A stretch of DNA of 64,000 nt from Octopus vulgaris (GCA_951406725.2 OX597825.1:16926001-16990000), one strand, 5' to 3'. Shown: positions 12,661 to 27,460, counted from the stretch's first letter. The notes: a model not told the origin generated them from the sequence alone. Translations and numbers: made by a program.

Positions 12661-13241
12661 GGCGGCGAGCTGGCAGAATCGTTAGCACGCCGGGCGAATC
12701 GCTTAGCAGTATTTCGTCTGCCGCTACGTTCTGAGTTCAAATTCCGCCGAGGTTGACTTTGCCTTTCATCCTTTTGGAGTAGATAAATAAAGTACCAGTT
12801 ACGCACTGGGGTCGATGTAATCGACTTAATCCGTTTATCTGTCCTTGTTTGTCCACTCTATGTTTAGCCCCTTGTGGGTAGTAAAGAAATAGGTATTTCG
12901 TCTACCGTTATGTTCTGAGTTCAAATTCCGCCGGGGTCGACTTTGCCTTTCATCGTTTCGGGGTGGATTAAATAAGTACCAGTTACACACTGGGGTCGAT
13001 ATCATCGACTTAATCCGTTTGTCTGTCCTTGTTTGTCCTCTCTGTGTTTAGCTCATTGTGGGTAGTAAAGAAATAGGTATTCCGTCTGCCGCTACGTTGT
13101 GAGTTCAAATTCCGCCGAGGTCGACTTTGCCTTCCATCCTTTCGGGGTCGATAAATTAAGTAGCAGTTGCGTACTGGAGTAGATTTAATCAATTGGCCCT
13201 CTCCTCCAAAATTCCAGGCTTTGTGCCTAGAGTAGAAAAGT
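12661..13241 (+). mobile_element. SINE family B, head plus three tandem ~184-bp bodies
   Basis: GTATTTCGTCT-type starts recur at about 12709, 12893 and 13077. Confidence 0.9.
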
Positions 13242-14234
13242 AAATATAATGTTAATATCGCAGCTGATTCCAACTATTCAGGCCATATAATTCGTGCATG
13301 CATCTTCCCCTTTTATATGAAATAAACTGAAATTTTACAGCCTTTAGTAATGGGTAATACCGGAAAGATTCTCTCTGTTAACTGTTATTAATTATACGAC
13401 CTCAGCTTCAGGAAAATGCTTCTATAAATTCTTGAAAACCTTTAACCTTTATACTTTACATTATTTTTCAAAGAAACAGAACCTAATTAACCTAAAACCA
13501 TAATTAATGATCCAGTTCAAACCATATTGATTAGAAACTCGAACCTTTAGGTTATTGAAAAGATTTTTAACGATAATATGGCTTATTAAAATGAGGTCTT
13601 GAGTTGGAGTGGATGTAAGGTTAGAAACAAACTATGTTGTTGACACTAAATTGAAGTGTTCACTTAATAAAAATAAAATCCATACAAATATGGTGGAGAA
13701 TACGAATGGATACCTAAAATAAAGTAACGTATGGATGAATACTAAGATGAAAATAGTGTACCTTTACGAGATTAGTATAACTATATATAAACCTGTGGAG
13801 ATGTACTTGACTGTTAAGTGATTTATCGAAACTAAAACAATTAAAGCGTGGAAAGTGTATTCTATGCATTCAAAAACACAACAAATTTAACTTAAAAATT
13901 TATCGTTTCCTGTCAAAAGTTTCGCCGTACTAATTAATAAGTGTTTAAGCGAATTTAGCAGCCGCTGTGTGGTTTACAAAGAGCGAAGTATCTTCCACGC
14001 TACAAATACGAACACACACATACACACATACACAAGCACACACATGTATGAACCGAATACCTAACGATTCAGAAATAGAAAGCTTAAACCAGTTTAATTA
14101 ATGATCTAAGCCCTGTATTGAATCGTTAGAAAAGGAAACATTATAATTGAAATATAAAGATTTCACATATAAATAAAATATATATCCTAAGTATAATGAT
14201 AAAAATATATCAGGTATATTTCATAACAATATTA

Positions 14235-14548
14235 TTTGTTTCACACTTTGGCAGGTAAGTGGATAAATCGATTACAACAACCCACATGCCCAACTCATAT
14301 TTATTTACCCCAAAAGAATGAAAGGTAAAGTTGACCTCGTTTCATAATAATATTATTGGTTCAAAATTTAGCAGGGGAGGGATATATCGATACATCGATC
14401 CCAGTCATTAACTGGTATTTATTTTACCTACCCCGAAAGGATGAAATATTACGTCAACCACGGCGGAATTTGAAACGTAAGGACGGATGAAATACCGCAA
14501 AGCAAATTTTTTCGGCGTGCCTAGCGATTCGGCCTGCTCGCAGCCTTG
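14235..14548 (-). mobile_element. SINE family B, degenerate and partially duplicated
   Basis: Two diverged GAAAG.ATGAAA..GT..ACC segments. Confidence 0.65.
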
Positions 14549-14699
14549 TTTCATAATAATATTTGTCGTGAAAGCGTATACGTTTGTGTGTGGAATACTG
14601 TAATATTTGTTGTAAGCAATAGTGGGAATTAAAATTTAAATACACTAAGCAATGCAGACGACCACGAAAATGTAGGAACATTTATGGAAAAGTATGACG

Positions 14700-15004
14700 A
14701 TGTGGCTTAGCGGTTAGGGCATTCGGCTCCCGATTTTAAGGTCGTGAGCTCAATTCCCGGTGACGCGTTATGTGATTGAGCAAGACACGTTGCTCCAATC
14801 CACTCAGCTGGCAAAAATGAGTTGTACATGTATTTGAAAGGGCCGGCCTTGTCACACTCTGTGTCACGCTGAATCTCTCTGAGAACTGCGTTAGGGGTAC
14901 ACTTGTCTGTGGATTACTCAGTCACTTGCACGTTAATTTAACGAGCAAGCTGTTCCGTTGATCGTATCAGCTGGGACCCTCGTCGTCGTAACCGACGGAG
15001 TGCT

Positions 15005-15008
<4 letters not shown>
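14700..15008 (+). mobile_element. SINE family C-related copy
   Basis: tRNA-like head and 3' half matching 25020-25197. Confidence 0.85.
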
Positions 15009-15069
<61 letters not shown>

Positions 15070-15179
15070 AGTTACAACAGAAATAGGAAGTGAGACATAA
15101 CCTCTTTAACGATTTCTTTCCGCAGTGATCCAAATTCGTTCTTCAAAATACTTAAGCATATATTAACACCACGGCAAAG

Positions 15180-15310
15180 ATACCGTCAACCGAATTTAGT
15201 CACAAGGCTTTGGTCGGGCCGGGGCTATATTAGAAGACACTTGTCGATGGTGCCCCGCAGTGTGACCGGACGTGGAACCGTGAGGCTGGAATACAAACGT
15301 CTAATCACAA
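15180..15310 (-). mobile_element. SINE family A 5' fragment, diverged
   Basis: ACAAGGCTTTGGTCGG.CCG.GGCTAT..TAGAAGACACTTG. Confidence 0.7.
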
Positions 15311-15914
15311 AATGAAAAATGTTCCATAGTTTATTAATATAGAGGTAGAGAATTTCTCCAACATTTCGAAGAAAATAGAAAAATGAAATAAAATGAAATG
15401 AAATGAAGTGAAATGAAGTGAAACAAAATAAAATTATATAGAATATGATGTTTAAATATTTTCCTCATTTCATTTCAGAATGTCTTAAAACTTTTAAGTG
15501 ACACAACGTAAAACTATTATTTCATTTTAATTCACTTCATTTCATTATATTGCATTCGGTTCCTTTGGAGATTTTGAAGATGTTCTGTGTTTGTATATAA
15601 ATAAAATGAAGCACATTCTTTCATTTCTTCTGAATAACATTATTATTACTATTATTACAAACTTTGAGTAATATGCTCACTACTAAAACCATTTCATTAC
15701 CTACACACCCTCTTTCTTTCTCCCTCCTTTGCTCACGTTCACCTATATAAACCAAAACGCAACAGAACTTTTTCAAGTAACAGGAATTAATATTGTTAGT
15801 GAGATTTAATATTTTAGCAAATAAACTTAATTAATTTAATTTCTCAACAGAAATTAAAATCAGCGACAGAAGTCGTGAAAATGGAGTCTACTTTCTAAAT
15901 CATTAAATCTGCAA

Positions 15915-15947
<33 letters not shown>

Positions 15948-16439
15948 TTGTCATCATTCATACATACGTACATTCATGCATACATTCACACACACGCACA
16001 CATATATATATATTTAATAATAATAATGATAATAATAATAATAATGATGATGATGATGATAAAAATTAACAACAACAAAATGAGACTTCGATATTATATA
16101 AATATATATATATAATTTAGAACAAACAGTAACAGTTTGTCATTATAGTACTCGAAGTTTAGAATGTATCGTAGCTCTTCGCTCCAACATTGGAAACTCG
16201 GAGTACTACAACGCCAACATTTTACTACTTGTTCTAAATTAGAACACACACATATATATATATATACACGCGCACGCACATATATACTCGCTTGCGTTAG
16301 CGTGTGTGCATTTAGTGATAGAAAGAATGAAGGTGAGAGAGTCAGGCAGAGAGAGAAAGAGAATGTGTATGCTATGAGAGAAAGAGAGACCCTACCCTAC
16401 TCTTAAACCACACTTTCTGTCACACTTTCTTCCTTTCTC

Positions 16440-16618
16440 TGTTGTACCTCTATCTCAAAGAGCCAGCCTTGTCACACTCTGTGTCACGCTAAATCTCCAC
16501 GACTTTAACGGTACATGTGTCCGTGGAGTGCACAGCCACTTGCATCTTAATTTCATGCAGGCTTTTCCGTTGATTGGATCAACTGGAACACTCGTCTTCG
16601 TAGCTGACAGAGTGCCAT
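16440..16618 (+). mobile_element. SINE family C 3' fragment
   Basis: GCCTTGTCACACTCTGTGTCACGCT.. Confidence 0.75.
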
Positions 16619-16650
16619 AGTAATATATATATATATATATATATATATAT

Positions 16651-17065
16651 GGATTGCCCCAAAAGCCACTATACACGTTCGTCTTTCTATTTCGTTTGAA
16701 GTATCATTCAGAGAGACATGAGGCCATCAGCATTTGACACAGAATTCACCGTTTTTGTAAGCATATCATTCCCTTGCCCATGGTACACCATACCACCAAC
16801 TTGGGAGCGTCTCGTTCCTGTTCGAGAATTTCTACTGGCTTTGATCTTCCCCAAATTCGACAATTGTGTCGGTTTATCCGACCAGAAATATAAAAGATAG
16901 ACTCATCGCTGAACCACAGGTCTTCCAAGAACTGCGACTCGTTTTGGTAATAGTGGAGGAATGATTCACACATTTCCACACATGCATCATAATTTTCCGG
17001 TTGAAGCCTTTGAACACCCTGTAGTCGGTACAAGTAGATCTTTATCACTTTGCGAAGCATCTATT
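16651..17065 (-). mobile_element. Tc1/mariner (rosa/DD41D-like) internally deleted transposase with terminal repeat
   Basis: ORF 16746-17060 has YRLQ.VQRLQPENY, LWFSDESIFYISGRINRHNCRIWG, ERDAPKLVVWC; TIR-like GGATTGCCCCAAAAGCCACTATACAC next to (TA)n. Confidence 0.85.
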
Positions 17066-17069
17066 TAAT

Positions 17070-17196
17070 TGACATCCTTGCGGGGTAGATTAAATAAGTA
17101 CCAGTACGCGCTGGGGTCGACGTAATAGACTTAATCCCTTTCTCTATCATTATAGTCCCTCACTATGTTTAGCCCCGTGTAGGTAATAAAGAAATA
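17070..17196 (+). mobile_element. SINE family B 3' fragment
   Basis: GATTAAATAAGTACCAG..CTGGGGTCGA..TTTAGCCCC..AAAGAAATA. Confidence 0.75.
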
Positions 17197-17200
17197 TTTA

Positions 17201-17252
<52 letters not shown>

Positions 17253-17256
17253 CATA

Positions 17257-17291
<35 letters not shown>

Positions 17292-17296
<5 letters not shown>

Positions 17297-17721
17297 GGGA
17301 GATCTCAGTAAAAACAGCAATTGGAAGGCAGACACAAACAGGTAAGAGAGAATTAATTGACGGCAATCTATCATACAATTTTAAGTTATCTACGGACGTA
17401 CGTTTCGAAATCAAGTTTTTCAACTATATATCAGAGCGAGCTAGAATCCGCAACTAGTATCACCAAATTCAATGTGTGAATGAAAGATTGTGTCACCAGC
17501 CCCTTCCCACCCGCGTGTAGCCAAAACAAGATGCTGTGGTCATCTACTGAGATAAAATATGGTTATCCGTAATAATGAAGGGTGAAATTAATTAATTTGG
17601 AATAATTATCAATTACACCAAGTAGTCTTCGGCATGTAAAAGCCTCATTCGAGGAAAATTTAAGTAATACTAAGCAATAAAGGGTTTAGCAACGAATTGC
17701 CTTACCACATACCGAATTTAG

Positions 17722-17727
<6 letters not shown>
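17292..17727 (-). mobile_element. Diverged copy of the HHR-bearing unit at 41878-42720
   Basis: Reverse complement of 17560-17727 aligns with 42120-42285; retains GAAA cgtacg TC at 17395-17406; flanked by (TA)n. Confidence 0.7.
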
Positions 17728-17766
<39 letters not shown>

Positions 17767-17781
17767 GTATATATACATACA

Positions 17782-17833
<52 letters not shown>

Positions 17834-18644
17834 GTGTGTGTGTTAAGTGCCTGTGTTTGCACGCATCTGTGGCGTGGATGTGTATCTATGCGCATGTGTA
17901 TGCATGGGCGCATGCGTAATGTATGCGTATGTTAATTGAGTAGTAGGTTCATTTCTGTAAAGGACTGAAATGAATTGTGATGACTCGTGTATTGGATGCT
18001 TGCTGCTTTATAGCTGATGGATTTCACCGGAATGTTTGCATTGCGTGTGACATGGGGAGGAGGGCACGGAATTGGTTACTTCTGTTTGAACGTTGTTTCT
18101 CTTTTATTTGTTTATTTATGCATGCAAATGAATGTGTTGCTGTTTGTGATTGGTTTACGTTGTCAGTATTGCTTGTATGTCAATTAACGTGCTTGTCATG
18201 TGTATAAAAGATAGATAGATTGGTCAGAGCAGTAATTATTATTGAGGAAGGAGATGCGGAGCGTGGGGCCATGCAGAAGGAAAGGGTGAGATTTGGTTTT
18301 ATGTGGTAGTTCTGTGAAGAATGTGTGTGTGTAAATATGAGGCAGGCAGGCAGCTCGCTGAAGATGAACTTTGGTATGACTAATGGTTTACACGTATATT
18401 TTCGAACACAGAATTTCATTTAGATACAGAAGCACGCCAAAATCATATACGAAGTCATGCCAGTGCACGTAAAAACAGCCATTGAAACAGAACACAGACA
18501 CACATACACAAAGTAAACATTGAGCTGACGTATTGCTCTTTCCATGCAAGAATATATAGAGTTCTTCTCAGTGATTATGCATTAATGCACAGCTTCCTGT
18601 CTTTGCCCATCCATAATATGTATGTATGTGTGTATATATGTATG

Positions 18645-18904
18645 TAATTATTCAGTTCATTTCAAGATTTCTTGCCAATACAGAAAGAAAGGGTTTCTAT
18701 CCTAGATCCAAGCCTCCTTCACTGGAATTTCAACATCAACAACAGGGTATTTTGGTTCGTATATATGTATGCATGTATGTATGTATGTATGTATGTATGT
18801 ATGTATGTATGTATGTATGTATGTATGTATGTATGTATGTATGCATGTATGTATGTATGTATTGTATGTATGTATGTATGTATGTATGTATGCATGCATG
18901 TATG

Positions 18905-18938
<34 letters not shown>

Positions 18939-18988
18939 TGTATGTATGCATGCATGTATGTATGTATGTATGTATGCATGCATGTATG

Positions 18989-19022
<34 letters not shown>

Positions 19023-19397
19023 TGTATGTATGTATGTACGCATGTATGTACGTGCTGATTTGTATGTTTTATGTATACATTCTCATGCATATAGTTGCAT
19101 ATGTAAAAATGCTCATGTATATTTAGTTTCAATGATGGATTGGATCGGTAGTCTTCGAATTAGCTTTCTCCTTTCTGCTTTTGAGAAGCTTAATTTCTCA
19201 AGATTGGTATTTAGGCAGTGTGCTACATATCCCAGGGCCCCAATTATTACAGGTATAAACCTGAACTTGTTATTTGGATAGAGTAACTGCATAATTCTCA
19301 ATAGTTAAGCGCAGGCGTTCTCTTATCTCTAATCTTCAGCTTTATGCTAACATCCAGTGTGAAGCTTATTTCCACAAATCTGCACCATCTCGTGCAT
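18645..19397 (-). mobile_element. 3' end of R4/Dong-type LINE (restriction-like endonuclease C-terminus and 3'UTR) embedded in (CATA)n
   Basis: VEISFTLDVSIKLKI..LLRIMQLLYPNNKFRFIPVIIGALGYV..LEKLSF..IRRLPIQSI (P(V/I)IIGALG is typical of R4-clade RLE ends); (TATG)n at 18765-19050 and 19398-19585. Confidence 0.8.
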
Positions 19398-19599
19398 TTA
19401 TGTATGTATGTATGTATGTATGTATGTATGTATTACGTATGTATGCATGTAAGTATATATGTATGTATGTAAGTATATATGTATGCATGTATGTATGTGT
19501 GTATGAATGTATGTATGTAAGTATATATATATATGTATGCATGTAAATATATATGTATGTAAGTGTAAATGTTTGTGTGCATGTATGAGATTCTCTTTT

Positions 19600-19800
19600 A
19601 TTCACTTTTATTTGTTTCAGTCATTTGACTGCGGCCATGCTGGAACACCGCCTTTTAGTTGAACAAATCGACTCAGGGATTATTCTTTGCAAGCCTAGTA
19701 TTTAATCTATCGGACTCTTTTGCCCAACCACTACTTTACGCGGGACGTAAACACACCGATATCGGTTGACTAGCGATGGGGAGGCAAACACAGACACGCA
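19600..19800 (-). mobile_element. SINE family A 3' half
   Basis: TTGTTTCAGTCATTTGACTGCGGCCATGCTGG.. Confidence 0.85.
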
Positions 19801-19859
19801 TACATATGCATACATATACATACATATCCCGTTTTGGGATCTGCGTCCACTGTGTATCT

Positions 19860-20220
19860 TAAATTACTTGATCCAGAACCGAGTTATTACCGTAGTGGGT
19901 TTTCTTGTTTCCGTTGGGTTAGAATCTTTGCCTCATCGTCAAAATATATCTTCGTTGAGTTACTTCTAAAAGCCTTCTTATGATGAACGTCCTGGTCTAG
20001 TACAATATACCAAGATGTTTAAATGTCTCATTCACTTCTGTTTTCAAGCGCAGCGGTTCTTCGTTTAGTTTACTGTTACTCATAAGTCCTTTTATTCAGT
20101 TAGTTTCTTCTCCCGAACTGTTGTTCTATGGAACAGTTCCTGAGAAAGTCGGCTTATTTCCTTCTTGTCTGTGATAACCAGTGTTTGAAGCTTTCTTTCA
20201 AATGACATCTTTAAAATTTT
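19860..20220 (-). pseudogene. Possible non-LTR RT remnant
   Basis: KLNEEPLRLKTEVNETFKHLGI resembles the RT 'FKYLG' motif; otherwise heavily decayed. Confidence 0.3.
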
Positions 20221-21279
20221 TAGACCCCCCTTATTATCCTTATTTGTAATACCTTACCCTACCGTTGCCCCAGGCTTTGATTGGGACAAAACCTCTAAAG
20301 AAAATGAGTGTGAAGGGTGTGAAAAAAAATCTATATTGAAAATTATGATGATCCAAGCTAATTATTTTCGTCGATTCTTTGAGAAATAAGTTCACAGCCA
20401 TGAAGACAACATGCATAGTTTTATAAAGAATATGGCCGTCAATAGACCATTATGTTTGCTGTAGCATACACAAAATATATTTTTCTATTTAGTGGAAAGT
20501 CTACGAGATAATAGGAGTCTACGAGAATATAAAATCCGGAAATTTGAGAGAAGTGTTTACGGATTTATGCACGGTGTATAGATTACCAACTTCTCATGCT
20601 TGTCTGGTTATCACAATTAACTTGAAATGGAAATTTTAATAAGTTTCCCTTGCGCTAAACCGAAGTATAGATGGCGTATATGTATGCAGAATTCGTGTTG
20701 TAAGTGCGTATGCATACATATACATACATATACACGCACACATACATACAAATATACATATATATATATACACACACTCACACATATATGTATATATATG
20801 TGCATGTATATGCATATAATATTACATATATATATATATATACATATCTATATATATGTACATATATGTATATATATAGATGTATATAATATTACATATT
20901 ATATGTATATATACGTTATATATTATATATATATGTGACACATAGATGTATATACTTATATGTACAAAGTGAGAGAGAGAGAGAGCGAGTGAGAAAGATA
21001 GAGAGAAAGAGAAAAGAGACGAATGTTCATGAGAGAGAAATCCTTCCTCGTGTTGCTGCTTAAGTTGCCCTTTGTCGACATAAGCAGCGTCCAACAAATT
21101 GCTTCTCATTCGAAGCGTAAAGAGATAATATGCGAATGTCTCGCAATCCTGTCTTGCATGAAAACCAATTCGACGGTATTGTATCTCACACATTGTGAGG
21201 TATGTTTAATTTTTCCCCATTTGAAACTCCTGTGCAACGAACTGTAACCTTGTTACCGGAATCAATATGATAAAAGACA

Positions 21280-22000
21280 AATTTTGAATTTACTATTTCG
21301 CTTCTTTCATAGACTATGAAAGCTGGAACACTGGTTACACCGTGTTTGCCATACTTACAGGGAAAATATCTCTTAATTGTTTGGGATACCTAATTCGTAT
21401 TTGGACAATATTGCTTTCTTTTTATGTTGCCTAATATTAAAAATAACGACAATCTTAAGCGTTATGCCATTGCATTTCTTGGGTAAAACAAGCGCATCTA
21501 ATCGTTTGCAACTAGATATAACACTATCAACAATTTAACTTATATTGCTTTTCGTGAAAAATCTTTAGATATGTATATCCTCTTTATACCGTTCCTTGGG
21601 CAATTTCTTTTATATATCAGTAACTTTAGTTGATGAGCTACGCCTAAGAGAGGTCTTTCAACGGAAACATTTCAGAAACCTACCATTTTAATGGTATTTG
21701 TGAGGCTGACTAAACTTGTTCTGTCATTTTTACCAGAAAGAAGAGAAAATATCTATGGTTTTGCCTCACTTTATAAGAGCTTTGAGATCGACGCTTCTAA
21801 AATTTCTCTTGAGCAACTGAAAATGGAGTGCTGTAGGGGGAAAAACTAGTGGTGTTCTTTTTAAGATCTTTGATCCCTGTGGATTGTAGGCTAAACATAA
21901 CATTTCTCTACTGTACTTGACTCTTGAGAGTTATTTATGTCACAGGTTTTGATTTGCAATTGTCATCGATGCTTCGGTGTTAGCCAGAGGCAAAACCATT
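21280..22000 (-). pseudogene. Decayed RTE/RTE-X-like LINE ORF C-terminal half
   Basis: Collinear weak motifs LG..SST..I..IA, KRLDA, RYPKQL. Confidence 0.4.
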
Positions 22001-22519
22001 TTTACCTCAGTGAAGAGGTGATCCATATTAATCTGGACTCTATCCTTGACCAGTCCGCCATAGGAAGCTCAACCAGTCTGATAGCATAGTCCTCAGTCCG
22101 ACTGAGTTACACAATCCACCACGCTGCAATATTGCTCAGACCTATAAAATAAACCTACCCCCCCGCCCACAAAAAAAAAACGGTTTCAGATAATGAAAAT
22201 CAGAGGGAGGAGGATTCAGTGCTGTGTTTAGTGCTGGTTTAGTCTGTATAGAAAATAAGGATAACAGAATGAGGGGGGAATTGAGTAACAGATGTGCATC
22301 TACTTTGAAGTGGCACGTGACCTTGTCAGCTCTGAACAGCAGCTGTCATCCCAGTTACTTCTGTCGAGGGTTATCGCATCCAGATGCGTCACAAACCCAC
22401 ACTGAGAATCTGAAAATACCTGCACTAGTCAGGAAAACTGAAATATCGAATTTTAATCAAAATTTCATATTTGTTGAGAGAGAGAAATCTCTAAAGGTAA
22501 CTCTTTCTCCGAACGAAAC

Positions 22520-23960
<1,441 letters not shown>

Positions 23961-23994
23961 TCAGTATTTGCCGAATGATTAACATAATATTAAG

Positions 23995-24217
23995 GTGAGG
24001 GATTCACGAAAGAAAAAAAAACAAAAGAACGAAGGCAGGTAGTATAGAAAACAAACAGATGTATTAGTATAACGCTCGGGCATTGAAAAAAGTCTTTTAC
24101 GTTTCGAGCCTACGCTCTTCCACAAAAAAAAAGAACACAGAAAGAAACAATGAGAAAAACAAGGAGAGAAAAAAAGGAGAGGAAAAATGTGTGTAGTGGC
24201 TACCGATCTATCATGGC
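23995..24217 (-). mobile_element. Penelope-like terminal module with degenerate minimal HHR (24092-24128)
   Basis: Minus: gTGGAAGA gcgtaggctc GAAA cg TA aaagac; gagc/gctc stem II. Confidence 0.55.
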
Positions 24218-24816
24218 GTGTAATATTAACCATGCTAATAATTTCTGGTTTTCCTTTGCAGCCCTAGCGTTGTTCAACTACGGTTTTTTGTTACGATAAT
24301 CTCATGAGTAATCAATCTAAAGTCTTTTGTTCTTTGAACATGCTAACTTTTCTGGTCGACTTTTGTATGGCTTCAGGAGAACCTGATTATCAAATTGTTG
24401 AATTTATAATCAGTATATTTCGATTAAATATAATACCGGATAACATCTTCCACTTGGTTTTCGGATATTTCAATTTGGGGTTGGAATTATCACTAACGAC
24501 TACATCATCGTAGTATATACTCCTCATTAAGTCTTATGCGTATCAGAGCTCTGTTATGTCTCACGCAATGTTTCATTACATACATATACTACTCCTAAAT
24601 TCTAAAGCCTATGAACATTACATTGTCATTTTGCTTTTCCTTCATTCATAGCTAATAACGCTCAATGAAATTGTACAACCCACAGCAGATATTTTTTATA
24701 TATTTTTCACAAACAAGGAACAGTAAAACATTTTGCAACAGAAGCATGGAAAGTTAATGTTGTTGCGCAGCACAGATATATAATCACTAAGTCTATTAAG
24801 AGGTATTCTGCCCGGA

Positions 24817-25204
24817 GTGGAGGTGCAATGGCCCAGTGGTTAGGGCAGCGGTCTCGCAGTCATAGGATCGCGGTTTCGATTTCCAGACCGGGCGTTGTGA
24901 GTGTTTATTGAGCGAAAACACCTAAAGCTCCACGAGGCTCCGGCAGGGGATGGTGGTGATCCCTGCTGTACTCTTTCACCACAACTTTCTCTCACTCTTA
25001 CTTCCTGTTTCTGTTGTACCTGTATTTCAAAGGGCCGGCCTTGTCACTCTCTGTGTCACGCTGAATATCCCCGAGAACTACGTTAAGGGTACACGTGTCT
25101 GTGGAGTGCTCAGCCACTTACACGTTAATTTCACGAGCAGGCTGTTCCTTTGATCGGATCAACCGGAACCCGCGTCGTCGTAACCGACGGAGTGCTTCCA
25201 TCCT
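24817..25204 (+). mobile_element. SINE family C, full length with 11-bp TSD
   Basis: TSD TTCTGCCCGGA at 24806-24816 and 25205-25215; A and B boxes in head. Confidence 0.95.
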
Positions 25205-25671
25205 TTCTGCCCGGAATTTTTTTACATATGAACAAACTACAACTAACACAAAGATTACTGCTAATCCCATATTCACATTGTTAAAATATCTACGAATATG
25301 TAGAATTACCGACAGTCCACAATGCTAAAGATCCTTATTTGCAAACCTATTTTTACTATATACACATGTATTATGCGCAGAATCATAATTTATGTATTGA
25401 CATGAAACGAGAAACTTGACGTCTCTTATTTAAGTACCTTCAATTCGTACTTCAATATTCTCTGCATCTCTAAACCGATTCCTTTATGACCCCGCCACCA
25501 ATCAAAACACGACAATTAAATCAGAAATCCGTCTGTTTGTTATCTCTGCTCCATGACACATTTCCCGAAATTCGATTAATACAAAACCGAAGTCCAAACT
25601 TCTTAAATCATCAATTTTTGGTGGAAAATATCTCACGATAAGCTTCTGTTCACACCTTCGAGGACCGAAAA

Positions 25672-26056
25672 TCTCTCTATATATAAACGGCAGTTTGTCT
25701 GTGCGTGTTTCTGTGTGTCCGTTTTCTCGTACCCTCACCCTGACCACGGCTTTCAACCGATTCTGATGAAACTTGACACACACATAGCCCAATGTCATAA
25801 TTCAAAACTAACGCAGCGAAAATTTTGAAAAGTTCCCCCAGTTCTGAAAAAAATCGATAAATTCGACATGGGGTCGAGAATCAGAAACCCAAACCACAGA
25901 CCGTCTAGGGGACGCAACTCCACCTTTTTTAACTCTCAAAAAAAATTTACCATAATTTTTTTTCCATTTTTTTGCTATTTTTTGGCTATAACTCTCTAAA
26001 AATGCTTTATAGTTATTTCCCTTACAAACCTGAGCAACGCCGGGCGATACTGCTAG
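25672..26056 (+). mobile_element. Non-autonomous Helitron
   Basis: 5' TC (TCTCTCTATATATAAA), subterminal hairpin CCTGAGCAACGCCGGG, 3' CTAG, inserted between A and T without TSD. Confidence 0.85.
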
Positions 26057-26344
26057 TAATGTATAACATTATTTTCTACTCTGACAAAATTATGAGAAGC
26101 AAGCAGAGTAAAACAAATAGTCTCATTTCTATTATATATATATATATTAATAATATGTTAATACGTTAACATTATTTTATACATACATCATATATGTCAA
26201 CTGCTCCGAGATCCTGCATCGGTAATTTATAGTTATTGCAGGGAGCGTATTATTTCAATCTAAGTCGATACAACATCATTTATATTTCATTTCAAATGTC
26301 ATGTGTTAATCATAGAACTCTGTGTGTGTGTACGTGTACATGTT

Positions 26345-26790
<446 letters not shown>

Positions 26791-27091
26791 TTTTATTAAA
26801 TCTACGAAATTATCCCTGAACTGTTACCCAGAGTTTCACACCCCAGTTCATCGGACACGTGTGATGAGTACTAATTTCTCTACCTTGCGGATTTGAATAC
26901 CATTTTTTAACAACTTGTTTTGCGCTTATGAGCTCATATCCATGTGTATGTGTGCGTGCTTTTGTGTGTGTGTTCGTGTGTGCATACGTGTGTGTGTTTA
27001 CATATACATATATACATATAAATCAAAACAGTTTGCTATGTATGTATACAATTCCCAGTAAATGTGTTGAGCACTCTTCTTTCATTTGTCT

Positions 27092-27141
<50 letters not shown>

Positions 27142-27180
27142 TTTCTAAATATCTCATACAGATATGTACGGTGGTGGAGC

Positions 27181-27460
27181 GATAGAATGGTTATATACTT
27201 TCAACTTAATGTGACAGTCCCGTATGGGAATTTCATCACCGCTGTTTAGCCCTAGGAAGCATCGACGCTTCCTCTCGGCTTTGACACATTTCCTGTTTCC
27301 TTATATATTTATATCTATCTATCCATATATATTTATATAAGGACACAGGAAATGTGTCAAAGCCGACAGGAAGCGTCGATGCTTCCTAGGGCTAAACAGC
27401 GGTGCTGAAATTCCCTTACAGGACTGTCACGTTAAGTTGACAGTAAACAACCACTCTCTC
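27181..27460. mobile_element. Fold-back element: ~125-bp inverted arms with 26-bp AT-rich spacer
   Basis: 27181-27307 vs reverse complement of 27334-27460, about 90% identical; related single arm at 46920-47020. Confidence 0.8.

Noticed and set aside
18626-19281. YVCM/HTYI and YI-repeat ORFs here and throughout
   Set aside because: Translations of (TATG)n, (TA)n, (CA)n and (ATCT)n
24817-24895. tRNA gene (also 5808, 7520, 37365, 50570, 55826)
   Set aside because: tRNA-like A/B boxes continue into SINE bodies, with TSDs in the full-length copies; these are SINE heads
27203-27260. Twister-ribozyme-like TTAATGTGACAGTCCC
   Set aside because: Lacks the conserved AAGC segment and pseudoknot partners
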